Below, one piece after another: positions 62,480-64,000 of a stretch of DNA of 64,000 bases. Under the pieces are notes generated by a model that searched no databases, was not told where the DNA came from, and saw only the letters and a list, made by a program, of their open reading frames with translations. Origin of the DNA: Clostridia bacterium (lineage in GTDB: Bacteria; Bacillota; Clostridia; Oscillospirales; CAG-382); the NCBI GenBank assembly GCA_017397955.1, contig JAFQHL010000064.1, forward strand, positions 4,384 to 68,383, written 5' to 3'. Numbering within the stretch: position 1 is the stretch's first letter; every line of letters begins with the position of its first letter. The translations under genes were made by a program, and so were the position numbers.

Positions 62480-63581
62480 TACCCTGCTTGTTTTTGCGGA
62501 AGAAACAGCAGAGACTGCGGAATGGACTTATGACAACAGTATGCTTGTAAAAATCAACACCGAGGAGGCTAAAATCTTCACTCCTGAGGATTTTCCCGAT
62601 ACAAACTGCACAGAGGTTTTGACCACGGAAAAGCTACCCACCGAAACAGGCTACAGCTACGAGCTTATGCTTATCTTTGATACCTCAAACGACTTCGATT
62701 GGCAATCCACCGCAGATGCGCTTTTGGCAACCCAGACGATTTGCAACGCATCTCGCAACGTATACGCCGAAGATTACAATATGAAGCACTGCACTTTCAC
62801 GCTTACAGCTGAAGAGCTACACGTGCCTGTCGGGGGCAAGGCTTGGTTGCAAATCAAGGACGAAAAATACACCGGTTATTCACATAATATGTGGAACAAA
62901 AAAGCAATTGCGTTTACCGTTGACCCCGATATTATAGACGAAGATGCGTTTACATGGGGATATTTCAAGAGCTTTGGGGTTGATTCATTCTTTCCTGATA
63001 TTGAGGGAATTGGTGATAGTCTGTGGGAGGTAGAACATTTAATATATTCTTGCCCTTCGGAATACAGAGATACAAAAAGCGAAATCCATCGTTATTACGG
63101 AATGGTGGAGTATAGCTATAACGGATACGAAGATACTTTAAAAGCCGCAAATACTTTGTCGCATGTTGAAGGAATCACATCAGTAAAAGTGTATGCCTTT
63201 TCTGCCCCTACAGGTACAATAACTTCTGAACATTGGCAGGTTGATTCAGAAAGCGTATCACTTTTATTATCCGGCGGTATAGATCACGATTATCCGGGAG
63301 GACCATACAATCAAACGGCAGAAATAACGGGCATAAATGTGGGGTCGGCGGTTGTATCCGTTTCAAAAAGGCTTGTAGCAAGCTGTAATGTGACCGTGTA
63401 TTTGGCTGATGCAAATAATGACGGCGAATGCGACTCTTTAGATGCGGCTTTGGTGCTGAAATACGATGCGGAAATGGCAGAAGCAACCGAAGAATTGCTT
63501 TTGTGCGATATGAACAGTGATGGTATTGTCAACAGCCTTGATGCGGCGTTTATTTTAAGATACGATGCGGAACTGGAGTGA
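62421..63581 (+). CDS. Secreted dockerin-containing protein, unknown N-terminal module (paralog of 59614-60783)
   Basis: 386 aa. Shares a ~165-nt 5' block (62520-62684 versus 59713-59877) and a 204-nt 3' dockerin block with its paralog. The central ~700 nt has diverged. Confidence 0.8.
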   Translation: MRNVKKLLSLLLAMLVLCQGTLLVFAEETAETAEWTYDNSMLVKINTEEAKIFTPEDFPDTNCTEVLTTEKLPTETGYSYELMLIFDTSNDFDWQSTADALLATQTICNASRNVYAEDYNMKHCTFTLTAEELHVPVGGKAWLQIKDEKYTGYSHNMWNKKAIAFTVDPDIIDEDAFTWGYFKSFGVDSFFPDIEGIGDSLWEVEHLIYSCPSEYRDTKSEIHRYYGMVEYSYNGYEDTLKAANTLSHVEGITSVKVYAFSAPTGTITSEHWQVDSESVSLLLSGGIDHDYPGGPYNQTAEITGINVGSAVVSVSKRLVASCNVTVYLADANNDGECDSLDAALVLKYDAEMAEATEELLLCDMNSDGIVNSLDAAFILRYDAELE

Positions 63582-63601
63582 CATAAATTAAGGAGACTAT
63601 T

Positions 63602-64000
63602 ATGAAAAAAAGCTTAATGTGTATTTTGTCTACTTTCTTTGCTGTTGTTTTAGCTTGTAGTTTTTCTTTTTCGGTTGGGGCAGAACATGTTGAAATTTTG
63701 CCAACAACTCAACTTGAAGAGCTGCAACCGGCAACTGATGATGGTGTAGGCTTACCAAGCAACATTAACTTAGCGGAAACCGTTTCCGAAACTACGGGGA
63801 AGCCATATTTCCCCGCACTCAGAAATCAGTATGGCGGATCTTGCACTGCATGGGCAACCGCTTATTATCAATTTACTTATCAGGTAGCCAAAGAATTTGA
63901 TTTTGATATAGGATCCGCCAATATGTTTTCTCCCTATTATTTGTGGAATTACTATAACGAGGGGAACGAAGAAAGAGGCGTATATTACTATGAGGCTTAC
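63602..64000 (+). CDS. Papain-like (C1 family) cysteine peptidase, N-terminal part (truncated by the window end)
   Basis: AAGGAG RBS and signal peptide. NQYGGSCTAWATAYY resembles the catalytic-Cys motif Q..GSCWAF. Not in the ORF track because no stop lies within the window. Confidence 0.6.
   Translation, partial: MKKSLMCILSTFFAVVLACSFSFSVGAEHVEILPTTQLEELQPATDDGVGLPSNINLAETVSETTGKPYFPALRNQYGGSCTAWATAYYQFTYQVAKEFDFDIGSANMFSPYYLWNYYNEGNEERGVYYYEAY

Overview
This is a 64-kb chromosomal window. spoIVB, a sortase, dockerin modules and the gene order suggest a spore-forming, dockerin-encoding Clostridia-type Firmicute (inference). I call about 61 protein genes. Most are housekeeping: tmcAL, ackA, typA, thrC, rnhB, rbgA, lepB, rplS, hisS, aspS, rsmD, coaD, argS, rpsI, rplM, yebC and radC. 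Also present are one tRNA-Leu(UAG), a TPP riboswitch with thiT, a GldA/F/G-like ABC + DUF4340 operon, a CDF + Trk/Ktr K+ uptake operon and a sortase locus. The right end is accessory, with three tandem dockerin proteins and a C1-like peptidase. I saw no CRISPR-Cas, defence, integrase or prophage genes. The most unusual content is non-coding. A modular family of GC-rich hairpin repeats occupies five intergenic sites at gene 3' ends, about 2 kb in total. Its modules are GTAGGG-hairpin-CGCC heads, ~50-nt linkers, an ~80-nt core and inverted arms. They form MITE/BIME/BOX-like nested palindromes and tandem arrays of 81 bp and 221 bp. Other leads: (1) a duplicated tRNA-Leu 3' end plus terminator enclosing an 80-nt strongly structured insert, next to an AT-rich islet; (2) an orphan promoter-terminator sRNA candidate; (3) an antisense consensus promoter + SD + 25-codon ORF; (4) a methylglyoxal-synthase-like protein lacking catalytic residues; (5) recombining dockerin gene cassettes. 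All calls come from reading the sequence and ORF translations, with no database search.
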